Assembly (NCBI GenBank): GCA_049512935.1
Contig: JBEKWR010000006.1
Coordinates: forward strand, 64,001 to 128,000
Reading direction: 5' to 3'
Length of the DNA: 64,000 nt
Source of the DNA: Candidatus Bathyarchaeia archaeon
Lineage (GTDB): Archaea; Thermoproteota; Bathyarchaeia; Bathyarchaeales; Bathycorpusculaceae
Both the position numbers and the translations under genes were made by a program. Of the stretch, positions 19,579-28,504 are shown one piece after another. Each line of letters starts with the position of its first letter. Position 1 is the first letter of the stretch. A model generated the notes under the pieces. It did no database searches and was not told the DNA's origin. It worked only from the letters and a program-made list of their open reading frames with translations.

Positions 19579-21187
19579 AGCCTGGCGCCTGAGCAGGATA
19601 CCCTACCGAGAAATGGTTTACCGCTCGCTCGCTGAAGAGAGAGGGCGCATGTGGTGGGGCGCGTTCGGACGCAACCGCCCGGGAAAGGAAGCCCAGGACG
19701 ACTTGGAATTGACCAAGAGGGCGCTTCGAATCGCCAAGTTCGACAAGTCGGTCGTGGCGGTTTTCAACGTTATTGTTTCGCTGGCTCCTTTCGCCTCGCT
19801 TTTTCTCGGCGGCTCAGGGTTCGGGTTGACAAGCGCCATCTCGTTAAGTTTAGCCGTCACCTTCGGGTTCACGACGCTTTACGCGATTCAGACTCTTTCA
19901 TCGTTCATGAGCCCGGAATCTTCAGCGTTACTGTCAACTATGCCTTTGGAACGCGACGATTTCTCGCTTATAACCCTGTTCTCCTTCATCCGATCCTTCG
20001 ACTACATGGTGATAGGCGCAATCATCAGCCAAGTCGCGTTGGTGGCTTACTTAACCGCGTCGCCCACGGCAACCTTGATCATGCTTTTAGCCTCCGCTAT
20101 GAACGCCGTGTTCGCCGTTGCCGTCGCTCTTTGGTTCTCAAGAATTTTCCAGAGGAACATGCTGAGGGGCGGAAGATCGAAAGCCAACACGGCGCTGCGT
20201 TTGTTCTTCATTCTGATGTGGGGCTTGCTGCTTGTCGGCGTGGGCTTCCTCTTCAGCCTGCCATGGTACATCGTGCCCAACCTGCAATCCACGCTGCTCG
20301 GCGCCGGGCACGTTTGGAGTTCGCTTCTGGGTCTTCTTTACCCCTTCACGTCAGGCATAATCATAACGGGCGCAGTTTCCAGCAGCGTGACGTTCGCAAC
20401 CATACTTTTGGCGTGCGCTGCCATGGTGGGTTACGGCTTGCTTGCGGTTTTCGCTGGCAAATGGAGTTTAGGAACGGTGAGGCGCGTGTCGCAGGGAGCC
20501 GGCGTGAACGTTGCTCGGGTTGCGGCGCGGGACTTTTCAGTGAAAACGCGCGGTCCACTGCTGGGCTACGTTTACAAAGACCTCAAGGCGGCTTCCAGAA
20601 ACCCCGCTACCGCCTTCTTCTTTGCCCTGCCCGTCCTTGAAACCGTCATCATAACCCTGCTTGACTCCAACTTCGGAACGTTGCGGACAGTCCTGGTGCT
20701 TGTCGGCACTTCTCTGGGCGGAGTCTTCGCGCTGTTTCTGCCCCTTGCGCTCTTAAGCGCGGAGGGAAAAGGATTGGAGTACACCAAAACCCTCCCGATC
20801 AGCCCCCGCAGAATCGTCGTTCCGAAGGCGTTGATTGCCACGGCGACCTACGTTCCCGTGCCGTTAGCCTTAGCTGTTATATCCCTCTTTAAACCGTTGA
20901 CTTCGCCCGCCGCAATTCTCATACCCGTTTTAACCACGCTGGCGGTGGCTTCAGCAAGCGTCTTTGAAATCAAACTCTTCCTAAGAACAGCCGCGAGCGG
21001 AAAAATAGCCTCAGTCATCAACGACTTCGAAAAACTAACAGTTGGAATGCTCATCATTCTGGTTCCCGAGGTCGCGTATGCCGCAACGTTTCTTGCAACG
21101 TTCAACCACGCTTTCTCCCTTTCGGCTATGGGCGGGGCGGCGCTGGCGGAACTTGCAGTGGCTTTTTACGTGCTTAGGCGGTCTTAG
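19565..21187 (+). CDS. ABC-2 type exporter permease
   Basis: 540 aa, ~12 TM helices, LSTMPL/KTLPIS motifs, overlaps ATPase gene. Confidence 0.85.
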   Translation: MKPSEAWRLSRIPYREMVYRSLAEERGRMWWGAFGRNRPGKEAQDDLELTKRALRIAKFDKSVVAVFNVIVSLAPFASLFLGGSGFGLTSAISLSLAVTFGFTTLYAIQTLSSFMSPESSALLSTMPLERDDFSLITLFSFIRSFDYMVIGAIISQVALVAYLTASPTATLIMLLASAMNAVFAVAVALWFSRIFQRNMLRGGRSKANTALRLFFILMWGLLLVGVGFLFSLPWYIVPNLQSTLLGAGHVWSSLLGLLYPFTSGIIITGAVSSSVTFATILLACAAMVGYGLLAVFAGKWSLGTVRRVSQGAGVNVARVAARDFSVKTRGPLLGYVYKDLKAASRNPATAFFFALPVLETVIITLLDSNFGTLRTVLVLVGTSLGGVFALFLPLALLSAEGKGLEYTKTLPISPRRIVVPKALIATATYVPVPLALAVISLFKPLTSPAAILIPVLTTLAVASASVFEIKLFLRTAASGKIASVINDFEKLTVGMLIILVPEVAYAATFLATFNHAFSLSAMGGAALAELAVAFYVLRRS

Positions 21188-21280
21188 CGGAAGAAAGAGG
21201 CTTGGAACGCCCCGTCAAAGTTGTCTTGACGCGCTGGAACAAACTCGGCTTAGGCGAAGCGAAGGCAAGATATGTTAAAT

Positions 21281-21307
21281 TGCCTGAAAAACTTATATTT
21301 TAAGGCA
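21281..21307 (+). promoter_or_regulatory. Inverted-repeat operator straddling a TATA box upstream of the COG4280 gene
   Basis: TGCCTGAAAA-ACTTATA-TTTTAAGGCA; arms 9/10 complementary. Confidence 0.5.
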
Positions 21308-21393
21308 CAAGACTTGTTCGTTTAGGAACTGGTGAATTCAAAACGGCTACAGCCTCAAAACCGCCTTTGCACAAAGGAAAACCGTGATTTTCC

Positions 21394-22158
21394 ATGATTG
21401 ACCAAAGCACAGTTCTCCTATTCATCACTGTGGCGTTAGCAAGCGCGGTTGAGGCAACTGAGGCTCTCACCATCCTTCTGGCAGCGGGCATAACGCGGGG
21501 CTGGCGTTCCACGTTTGAGGGCGCCCTGCTTGCCATTGCCTGTTTAGCCTTAATCGTGTTGGCAGTCGGCACCGCGCTTATTCGCTACGTCCCTCTTTAC
21601 GCCTTGCGAACGGTTGTCGGGATACTGCTGCTTATCTTTGGGTTGCAGTGGCTCACCAAAGCCATCCTCCGCCAGACAGGATTCAAGGCAGCGCATGATG
21701 AACACGACATCTACGACAAGGAGGTGGCAGCCCTCAGCAAGGAGGCAGGCATTCGTGGAAGGCGGGATTCCTTGGCTTTCGCGGTGAGCTTCAAAGGCGT
21801 GCTTCTGGAAGGTATGGAAGTAGTTATGATCGTAATCAGCTTCGGCTTAGCCACCAAAAGCGGTAACCAGCTTGAAACCGCAACGTTAGGAGCCTTTCTC
21901 GGAGTAGCGGTTATGACGGCTGCCGCGGCGGTGATTGCGAAGCCGCTTGCCAGGGTGCCTGAGAACTACATGAAGCTGGGAGTCGGCGACCTGCTGACGA
22001 CTTTCGGGTTGTTCTGGATGGGCGAAGGAGTCGGCGTCCAATGGCCCCTCGGCGACGCGTTCCTGCCTGTGCTATTGGCGATAATCTTCCTGACCACAGT
22101 GGGGTTAATCGCTTACTTCAGGCGGGTTCACAAGAGAGAAATGGAGGCTGCCGCCTAA
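21394..22158 (+). CDS. COG4280 membrane protein (FTR1/GDT1-like putative metal transporter)
   Basis: ASAVEATEALTI and FKGVLLEGMEVV duplicated ExxE motifs; RVPENYMK. Confidence 0.82.
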   Translation: MIDQSTVLLFITVALASAVEATEALTILLAAGITRGWRSTFEGALLAIACLALIVLAVGTALIRYVPLYALRTVVGILLLIFGLQWLTKAILRQTGFKAAHDEHDIYDKEVAALSKEAGIRGRRDSLAFAVSFKGVLLEGMEVVMIVISFGLATKSGNQLETATLGAFLGVAVMTAAAAVIAKPLARVPENYMKLGVGDLLTTFGLFWMGEGVGVQWPLGDAFLPVLLAIIFLTTVGLIAYFRRVHKREMEAAA

Positions 22159-22403
22159 TGTCCACCTACAAAACGTCGAGCAAAATCTGGAAAGCCGTCA
22201 AAGGCTTCTTCGGATTTTGGAAGGACTTTCTAGTCGGCGACTCCCCAGTTCTGGCGCTGGGCGCAGTAATCATCTTAGCCGTCGCTTACCTCCTCCGCAG
22301 CTCAGCCGTCTTGGCGCCTGCCGTAGCCGTCGTTTTGGTGCTGGTTCTAATCACGTTTACCGTGTGGCAGAAAACTTGGAAACGACGCCGACTGCGACCT
22401 TAA
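22158..22403 (+). CDS. Small 2-TM partner protein of COG4280 (81 aa)
   Basis: ATG overlaps upstream TAA; FFGFWKDFLVGD motif followed by two TM helices. Confidence 0.7.
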   Translation: MSTYKTSSKIWKAVKGFFGFWKDFLVGDSPVLALGAVIILAVAYLLRSSAVLAPAVAVVLVLVLITFTVWQKTWKRRRLRP

Positions 22404-22551
22404 GTGGCGGGGGTTCAGCCTTCAGGTCTTTCCGTTTCAGGTCCTTTTTCTTGGGCTTTCTGCTGGGTCGTTTTTTCGAGTGTTAACGCCCAGTTGGTGA
22501 AGCAGTCCCACAGCAGGCTCGACTCGCTCTGGGTTTCTGTTTCGCCGTTGC

Positions 22552-23367
22552 TCATATGGTCGCCTTGAGGTACCTGTTGAAGAAGTCTAAAGCCATGGTC
22601 CACGCATCTTCAGCTGCGGCTTTGTTGTATGAGGGTCTGTTCTCGTTGAAGAAGGCGTGCTGCGTTCCCTGATAGACCTTCAGTTGAAACGTCTTCTTGT
22701 TCGCAATCATGCTTTCAACCAGCGCCGTGACGCCACAAGTTATCCTCTGGTCCTCCCCAGCGTAGATTCCGAACACGGGACCGCTGATTTTAGCGACGGA
22801 TTCCAACGGTCTAGGGTTCGCGCCGTAGAAAGGAACAGCAGCCTTGAACGGGTACAAAGTTGCAAGCTGGTAAGACAAGCCGCCTCCGAGGCAGAACCCC
22901 GTGATTCCAAGCCGCTCGCCGTCCACGACCTTCAGGCTTTTAGCGTAGTCTACGCAGCACAGAAGGTCCTCCGCCATCGTTTTTTCCGCGGCTTCCCGCC
23001 CTGCAAAGAAAAAGTTCATCACTTTTCGGTCGTTCTCAGGCAGGCTTTCCATGAGCGCTTTCATCGCGGCTGGGTCGTTGCGTTTTTCAGGCGGAACCTG
23101 CCACATGCGCATCATCGCCTTCTCGATTGCTTGCTCGGTCAGGTCTTTTTCTCGGCTGAAAAGGTGCGGAGCGACGGCGACGAAGCCTTGCTGCGCGTAC
23201 CTGTTCGCGACGCCTTTGATCTGCTCGTTGAGCCCCCACGCTTCGTGGACAACAATAATCGCGGGGTAAATGCCTTCGGGTTTGGGGATGGCTACGTAAG
23301 CCGCCATGTCTGCGCCGTCAGGACACTTGAAGGTTACAATTTGGTTAGAGAATTCCATAAAGGTCAA
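22552..23367 (-). CDS. Dienelactone hydrolase family protein
   Basis: HEAWGLN, nucleophile GFCLGG, HAFFN. Confidence 0.92.
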   Translation of the reverse strand: MTFMEFSNQIVTFKCPDGADMAAYVAIPKPEGIYPAIIVVHEAWGLNEQIKGVANRYAQQGFVAVAPHLFSREKDLTEQAIEKAMMRMWQVPPEKRNDPAAMKALMESLPENDRKVMNFFFAGREAAEKTMAEDLLCCVDYAKSLKVVDGERLGITGFCLGGGLSYQLATLYPFKAAVPFYGANPRPLESVAKISGPVFGIYAGEDQRITCGVTALVESMIANKKTFQLKVYQGTQHAFFNENRPSYNKAAAEDAWTMALDFFNRYLKATI

Positions 23368-23445
23368 ACTAAATTTTTAGCAGGTAAATATTTAACTGTT
23401 CCTACCTCACGAAGAAGCCCAACGGTCCGCTTCGAAACGGATTGG

Positions 23446-24015
23446 TCACTTGGCAATCAAGACAGCCACGTAGCACTTCAAATCATCCCTGTCCAAAAAA
23501 GAAGCAACCTGCAAAGACGTGCCCTCAAGAAAATCCACGAACGTTTCCAGCGGAAAAGCCTTCTTCAACCCAGTCACGACCACGATTCCGCCCGCCGCAA
23601 CCACCCTTTTCAGTTCGCCCAGCGTTTGCGACGGGTCAGGCATGTTCTGAAGCACCGTGAACGTGAAAACGGCGTCGAAAAAGCCGTTGCTGAAAGGCAA
23701 GTGGTCAGCGTCAGCCTGCAAAACGAAAACGTTTCCCGCCATCTTCGCCTCACCTCTGGCTTTAAGCAGCAGCCTACGTGAAACGTCAACAGCCACGACC
23801 ACGCTTGCGCAAGAAGCAACATGGCTGAAAAACAGTCCCGAGCCGCATCCGACATCCAAAACGGCGCCGCCTGCCACCGTGACGTTTTCCAGTGCCGCCC
23901 TGTACTTTGCCCGCTGCTCCTCCGCGTAGCGCTCCTCGTACATGTCAGCCGTCAAATCGTACCGCCGCATCACCCTGCGCTTCTCTCTCCAGCCTGCCAC
24001 GTGGGTTTCCTTCAA
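23446..24015 (-). CDS. Class I SAM-dependent methyltransferase
   Basis: VLDVGCGSG and ADADHLPF...FDAV motifs. Confidence 0.9.
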   Translation of the reverse strand: MKETHVAGWREKRRVMRRYDLTADMYEERYAEEQRAKYRAALENVTVAGGAVLDVGCGSGLFFSHVASCASVVVAVDVSRRLLLKARGEAKMAGNVFVLQADADHLPFSNGFFDAVFTFTVLQNMPDPSQTLGELKRVVAAGGIVVVTGLKKAFPLETFVDFLEGTSLQVASFLDRDDLKCYVAVLIAK

Positions 24016-24063
24016 GAAATCTTATGTACCCAAGCACTGTCTAAAATAGTTGGCTGAAAAACC

Positions 24064-24849
24064 TTGCAACAACCCAACAAACTCAACGTGCTAACCAAAC
24101 CCACGCTGGCACAAGCGGCAGCGCTGATTGAGCGGGCGTTCGCTCAGAGAAGAACCCTCATCGTCGCGGGCACTTGCAGCGTACACTACGTCGGCAGAGC
24201 AAACAGCACGCTTGAAGCTGGCGAACGCATATTAATCATCAAATCTGACGGGTCGCTTCTTGTCCACCGCCCAGTCGGGTACGAACCAGTCAACTGGCAG
24301 CCCTCGGGAAGCATCTTCCACGTCCAAGCCAAAGACGAAAGCCACCTTGAAATCCACGGAGTCAGGCAGAAACCCAGAGAAAACGTCAAAGTAACCTTCA
24401 GCAACATCCTTATGGTTTCAGCCTTAGCATTAGAAGATTCAGGCGAGTTTGTTCTAAACGCATCCGAAGACGACATGCACCGCGCCATCCTTCTTAAACC
24501 AGAACTTCTCGAAGAAGGCTTCAAACCCATCAGTTGGGAAAAGAAAGTTGAGCCAGGCTTTGTGGACGTTTACGGCGAAGACAAGAACGGGCGTCTGGTA
24601 GTTGTTGAGGTTAAGCGGAAAACTGCGGGAAAAGAGGCTGTCTTGCAGCTTTCGCGGTACATTGAGGCGATTAAGGGGAAGGCGAATCGTGAACTGCGCG
24701 GCGTGCTGGTGGCTCCGAGCCTAGGCAAAGATGTTCAGAGGATGCTGGCAACGTTGGGGTTGGAGTTTAAGGCGCTTGACCCTAAACAGTGCGCGGAAGT
24801 GCTGAAAAAGGCAGAGAACACAAGGTTAGAATCTTTCTTTAAAAAATAA
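24064..24849 (+). CDS. nucS: Endonuclease NucS/EndoMS
   Basis: YVGRANSTL, IKSDGSLLVH, PVNWQP, VDVYG...VEVKR and QLSRY motifs. Confidence 0.95.
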   Translation: MQQPNKLNVLTKPTLAQAAALIERAFAQRRTLIVAGTCSVHYVGRANSTLEAGERILIIKSDGSLLVHRPVGYEPVNWQPSGSIFHVQAKDESHLEIHGVRQKPRENVKVTFSNILMVSALALEDSGEFVLNASEDDMHRAILLKPELLEEGFKPISWEKKVEPGFVDVYGEDKNGRLVVVEVKRKTAGKEAVLQLSRYIEAIKGKANRELRGVLVAPSLGKDVQRMLATLGLEFKALDPKQCAEVLKKAENTRLESFFKK

Positions 24850-25013
24850 CCATAATTTAATCCGTTTTCAAGAGTTTTTCCCCGCTGTTCAGCCATTTAA
24901 CAATGTCCACGGTTTACATTGATACGTGAATTCGTTAGCGTATGCATTAGCTATCAAATTAAGAAAATAGTAACTTGAGCCGCTTAGGCTGAATCCACTG
25001 TTGATTTTGCGGG

Positions 25014-25475
25014 TTAAGCCCTTGCTCTGTTAGATCCAGTTAACAAACCTGCAAACCCCACAAAAAATACGTAGATGCATGCAATGGAGTAAAAGGCATA
25101 TGGTATCAATAAATCATAAACAAAGGTGCTGGGGCTGTAGAAGTTCGAATAAAAGTCTTGATAATATTCAAGGGCTTCAAAGGTTCTCAACCATTCGCCA
25201 ACAAAGAAACCTGCAAAAAAACCGATGAAGCATGAAACAAAAAGAAGAAACACAACTGACTTTAGTTTCGTAGAAGCGCCTGTTGATCGCCCGAAAAACC
25301 TGAAGACAAAAAAGGGGAACACGGTTGAAAACAGAAGCATAAAGGCGCCATACATCATTGCCCATGCTGGAATTGATAAGTTGAATTGCTCTTGAAAATA
25401 GTAGGGGTCGACGAAAACGCCAGTTGCAAAGGAAAACGAGAACCCGGCAATAGCTACTTTCACTGCCAATTTCAT
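25014..25475 (-). CDS. Phe-rich hypothetical membrane protein
   Basis: 153 aa, 4 TM helices, AT-rich; resembles the upstream gene. Confidence 0.7.
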   Translation of the reverse strand: MKLAVKVAIAGFSFSFATGVFVDPYYFQEQFNLSIPAWAMMYGAFMLLFSTVFPFFVFRFFGRSTGASTKLKSVVFLLFVSCFIGFFAGFFVGEWLRTFEALEYYQDFYSNFYSPSTFVYDLLIPYAFYSIACIYVFFVGFAGLLTGSNRARA

Positions 25476-25867
25476 GTTGACTCGCCGAGACGTTTTCTTG
25501 CTGCTAACTCTAAAGCGGAGAATTGTACGAAAAAGATGAATAGATATGGGAAGAACAAAGGTATGTAAAAGAAGAAGCTAGGCATAAAAGTTGAAAACAA
25601 GATTTCTAACATGTTGAATTGGATGGCTGAACCTGCAAAATAACCACCTACAGTCGAAAGTAACAGAAAAATAATCGTCACCTTGGAGAGGGCAAAAAAA
25701 GCAGGATTTTTGCCTAACTGGTAGAAGACTATGAAGGGGACAACTATGGTGATGACTTCCATCAAAATGCTAAATGGAAAAAAATAAAAAAAGGCAAAAT
25801 TCGTAACGGAAGTAATGGTAAACGAAAGCAGAAAAGCGACTAAACAGATTTTTTGGCTAAACTGCAT
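25472..25867 (-). CDS. Phe-rich hypothetical membrane protein
   Basis: 131 aa, 4 TM helices; ATGA overlap with the next gene. Confidence 0.7.
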   Translation of the reverse strand: MQFSQKICLVAFLLSFTITSVTNFAFFYFFPFSILMEVITIVVPFIVFYQLGKNPAFFALSKVTIIFLLLSTVGGYFAGSAIQFNMLEILFSTFMPSFFFYIPLFFPYLFIFFVQFSALELAARKRLGEST

Positions 25868-25978
25868 GTTTGACCAAGTTATCTTTACTGCCTAATTATT
25901 TTTGTGTTTTTCGTCATTTGCCGCCCCGCCAACAAGAAAACCTAGCTCGCCTGTGCCTACATCTTAACGAAGAAAGTT

Positions 25979-26030
25979 GCTGAAAAAGGCGGAGAGCACC
26001 AAGCTTGAATCGTTTTTTAATGATGAGTAA
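25979..26030 (+). repeat. Diverged duplicate of the nucS 3' end
   Basis: 25979-26018 matches 24801-24840 at 32/40 nt; encodes LKKAESTKLESFFNDE*. Confidence 0.85.
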
Positions 26031-27720
26031 CTGTCCCATTTTCGATCCACGTGTTCACGGAAGGGGAATCTAAAATTTGAGCTCCCAAATCCCAGAAGTC
26101 AGTTGCGCCCAAAAAAATGTTCGAGTCAAAAGTGTTGTTGTTGAATTTGGATATTTCCGCGGCATGCTCTTGGCTGGTAACAATGTTGTTTGAAAGAGTG
26201 TTGTTTGAGGCGTTGTCAAGTTGAAGACCTGTGAAAAAATTGTTGACTACGTTATTGCTTAGGTTGTTGAAGTAGGATTCGAATAATTCTACTCCGTAGC
26301 TTCCGCGCTCTGTGCTAAACGTGTTATTGCTTATCTGATTGTAGTTTGATTCATCGTTTATGTTGATTCCCGGCGCGGTTAACCCAAAATCGTTTGATTG
26401 CACGAAGTTGTATGATGAATTTTCAAGGTCTATTGCGGTTATTGCTCCAACGTTTGCAACCTGAGAATTATTCACGATGTTGCAGTCATTTGATAATTGG
26501 AGAAGGATTCCTTTAGGCAAAGAATTGATGAGCGGGTTTTGTAAAGAATTTCCGTCGATGTTGCAGTTGCTCGAATCTGAAATGCTAATGAAGGTGGAAT
26601 CATTTTGTTCAATGTTGTTGTTAAGCACAAGGATGTTGGTTGACGCCTCAACTGAGATGCCTATGTTGCTGTTTTGTGATACGTCATTGTTGGAAACCGT
26701 GCAGCCGCTGGAGAATTGAACCCAGACGCCCTCGTAGCTGCTGGAAATGATGTTGTTGGTGACGGCTGAGTTAACCGTTTTAACTAAGTGTATGCCGCCG
26801 TAGCTGTTGGTTATGTCAAGGTTTTGAACGGTAACGTCGTTGCAGTTCACGAGAATTAGTGCGCCCAAGTTTGGGTAAGAAGCTGAGTCTATCGTCAGTT
26901 GACTCTTGCCGATCAGGTAGTACACTGATTTGCCGTTAACGGTGTTCGATGAGTCAACGTTGTTTAAGAATAAGGAGGGATCGTCACCTGTCGCTCCAAA
27001 GTTGCACGTGTTATTGTACATGCTGTTGTTCCTCAAAGTGTTCCCTGTCGAGGATTCAAGCAGCATCCCGTTGTAACCGTTAAACGCCGTGTTTCCAGTG
27101 ATAAGGTTTTGAGTGGACGAATCTACCAGAACGCCGTAGTTGTTGCCTGAAAGCTGGTTGTCAAAGACCTGGTTGTCTGAGCCGCCGTAAACCCAAACTC
27201 CCTTTCCGCAGTTAACCACCACATTGCCGAAAACTTTGCAGCCTTGAACGTTGAGCAGATGAATGCCTGGAAGCTGGTTGAGCGAAGCAGAGGGCGGCGG
27301 CGCACCCGCGACATTTCGGACCGTGAAACCCGTTATTGTAACGTTGTCACTTTCGACAAGAAAAGTTGGACCCATATTGTTTCCGTCAACAATGGTTGTT
27401 CCGTTATTTTCGCCCTCTAAAGTTAAGGGCTTGTCAACGGTTACGCTTTCAACGTAGAGTCCCTGCTTCACGAAAATCACTGCTCCCGCGGTGGCGTTGC
27501 CCACGGCAGCGCTGATTGTCGGGTAATCGTCAGGGACCGTTATGGTGGGCTTTCCGATTGCTGAAGATTCTTGGGGTGCAACGTTGCCGTTGTCGGAGGT
27601 GGCTGCGGGCGCGGTCGGGCTCTGAGGGCGGCTGCCCTCATGGTTTGAAGTTGCCAGCACCGCCACGGCTGAGAGCAACGTGATAACGCAAACGATTAAC
27701 GCAACAGTTCGCTTATGCAA
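26017..27720 (-). CDS. Secreted/anchored right-handed parallel beta-helix protein (NosD/pectin-lyase-like)
   Basis: Signal/TM; ITVPDDYPTISAAV; many GI.L..S.NN.I..N repeats. Confidence 0.9.
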   Translation of the reverse strand: MHKRTVALIVCVITLLSAVAVLATSNHEGSRPQSPTAPAATSDNGNVAPQESSAIGKPTITVPDDYPTISAAVGNATAGAVIFVKQGLYVESVTVDKPLTLEGENNGTTIVDGNNMGPTFLVESDNVTITGFTVRNVAGAPPPSASLNQLPGIHLLNVQGCKVFGNVVVNCGKGVWVYGGSDNQVFDNQLSGNNYGVLVDSSTQNLITGNTAFNGYNGMLLESSTGNTLRNNSMYNNTCNFGATGDDPSLFLNNVDSSNTVNGKSVYYLIGKSQLTIDSASYPNLGALILVNCNDVTVQNLDITNSYGGIHLVKTVNSAVTNNIISSSYEGVWVQFSSGCTVSNNDVSQNSNIGISVEASTNILVLNNNIEQNDSTFISISDSSNCNIDGNSLQNPLINSLPKGILLQLSNDCNIVNNSQVANVGAITAIDLENSSYNFVQSNDFGLTAPGININDESNYNQISNNTFSTERGSYGVELFESYFNNLSNNVVNNFFTGLQLDNASNNTLSNNIVTSQEHAAEISKFNNNTFDSNIFLGATDFWDLGAQILDSPSVNTWIENGTVTHH

Positions 27721-27769
27721 ACTTGGCTCCTCGAATACTTTCCTCCATTAATCCGTAAAAAGGGTTTTC

Positions 27770-27823
27770 GTCAAGGTTCCTTGACTAGCAAAAAACAAGA
27801 CTTAGTCAAGGTTTCTTGACTAA
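27770..27823. promoter_or_regulatory. Tandem palindromes GTCAAG-N4-CTTGAC (candidate operators)
   Basis: Copies at 27770-27785 and 27805-27820 (second extends to TTAGTCAAG/CTTGACTAA), 50-100 bp upstream of the beta-helix gene. Confidence 0.55.
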
Positions 27824-27831
27824 AACTGACC

Positions 27832-28341
27832 CTAAGGGTTCTTGCCTGGAGCCATGCGCCACGTAGAAACGCTGAATAACGTGAACGCCGAGAGAAAAAG
27901 CAACACCATAATTTTGGTCAGGGCGAACGTTTGGAATGCGGAGATGGCCAGGATCGCGATTGGAAATGGACCGAGCAGCGTGAAAAAGAAGATGGCGACG
28001 GCTACGCCGTATGTTTCCTTGTAGTCTTTGATGCTTCGTTTGCCAAAGTACAACGCTGACAGCCTGCCCATGCCGAAGGTGCATTTTTTGCAGTTGTAGC
28101 AGGGTCGCATGCACCCAAGAAACTTGAGTACGCCGTAGACGCCGATGAGCGCAACAAGAAGGAACACCGCGCCAGCCGCCACGCTGACAAAGAGGAAAGC
28201 CGCAGTGTCCAGTGCAATCCAGAGTGCAAGGGCAAGGTTGCCGATGATGGTGAACGTTTTTGGGAACTCGATTGTCGCCGTTGCTTTTCCCGCTCCGCCG
28301 AGAATATGATTGCCCAGCGATATGAAAGTTTCACTTAGCAT
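27832..28341 (-). CDS. Hypothetical membrane protein with Cys cluster
   Basis: 4 TM helices around CMRPCYNCKKC. Confidence 0.75.
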   Translation of the reverse strand: MLSETFISLGNHILGGAGKATATIEFPKTFTIIGNLALALWIALDTAAFLFVSVAAGAVFLLVALIGVYGVLKFLGCMRPCYNCKKCTFGMGRLSALYFGKRSIKDYKETYGVAVAIFFFTLLGPFPIAILAISAFQTFALTKIMVLLFLSAFTLFSVSTWRMAPGKNP

Positions 28342-28455
28342 ATTCCAGCCAAGGATACTGTTAAGTTACCCATTTGACAGAACCTGTTCAACAACTTGTG
28401 ATTACAACTTGAAATACGCAAAATATATAAAGAGATACAATCGTTGTAGTAGCTT

Positions 28456-28485
28456 GAGCATGCCCTTAGACCAAAGGGCTTGTTT
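28456..28485 (+). ncRNA. Candidate small hairpin RNA convergent with the DUF3800-like gene
   Basis: GAGCA-T-GCCCTT-AGACCA-AAGGGC-T-TGTTT hairpin with G.U pairs on + strand, ~25 nt after BRE/TATA CGCAAAATATATAAA (28417-28431); no ORF follows. Confidence 0.4.
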
Positions 28486-28504
28486 CGTGTGTTAATTGAT
28501 GTAT

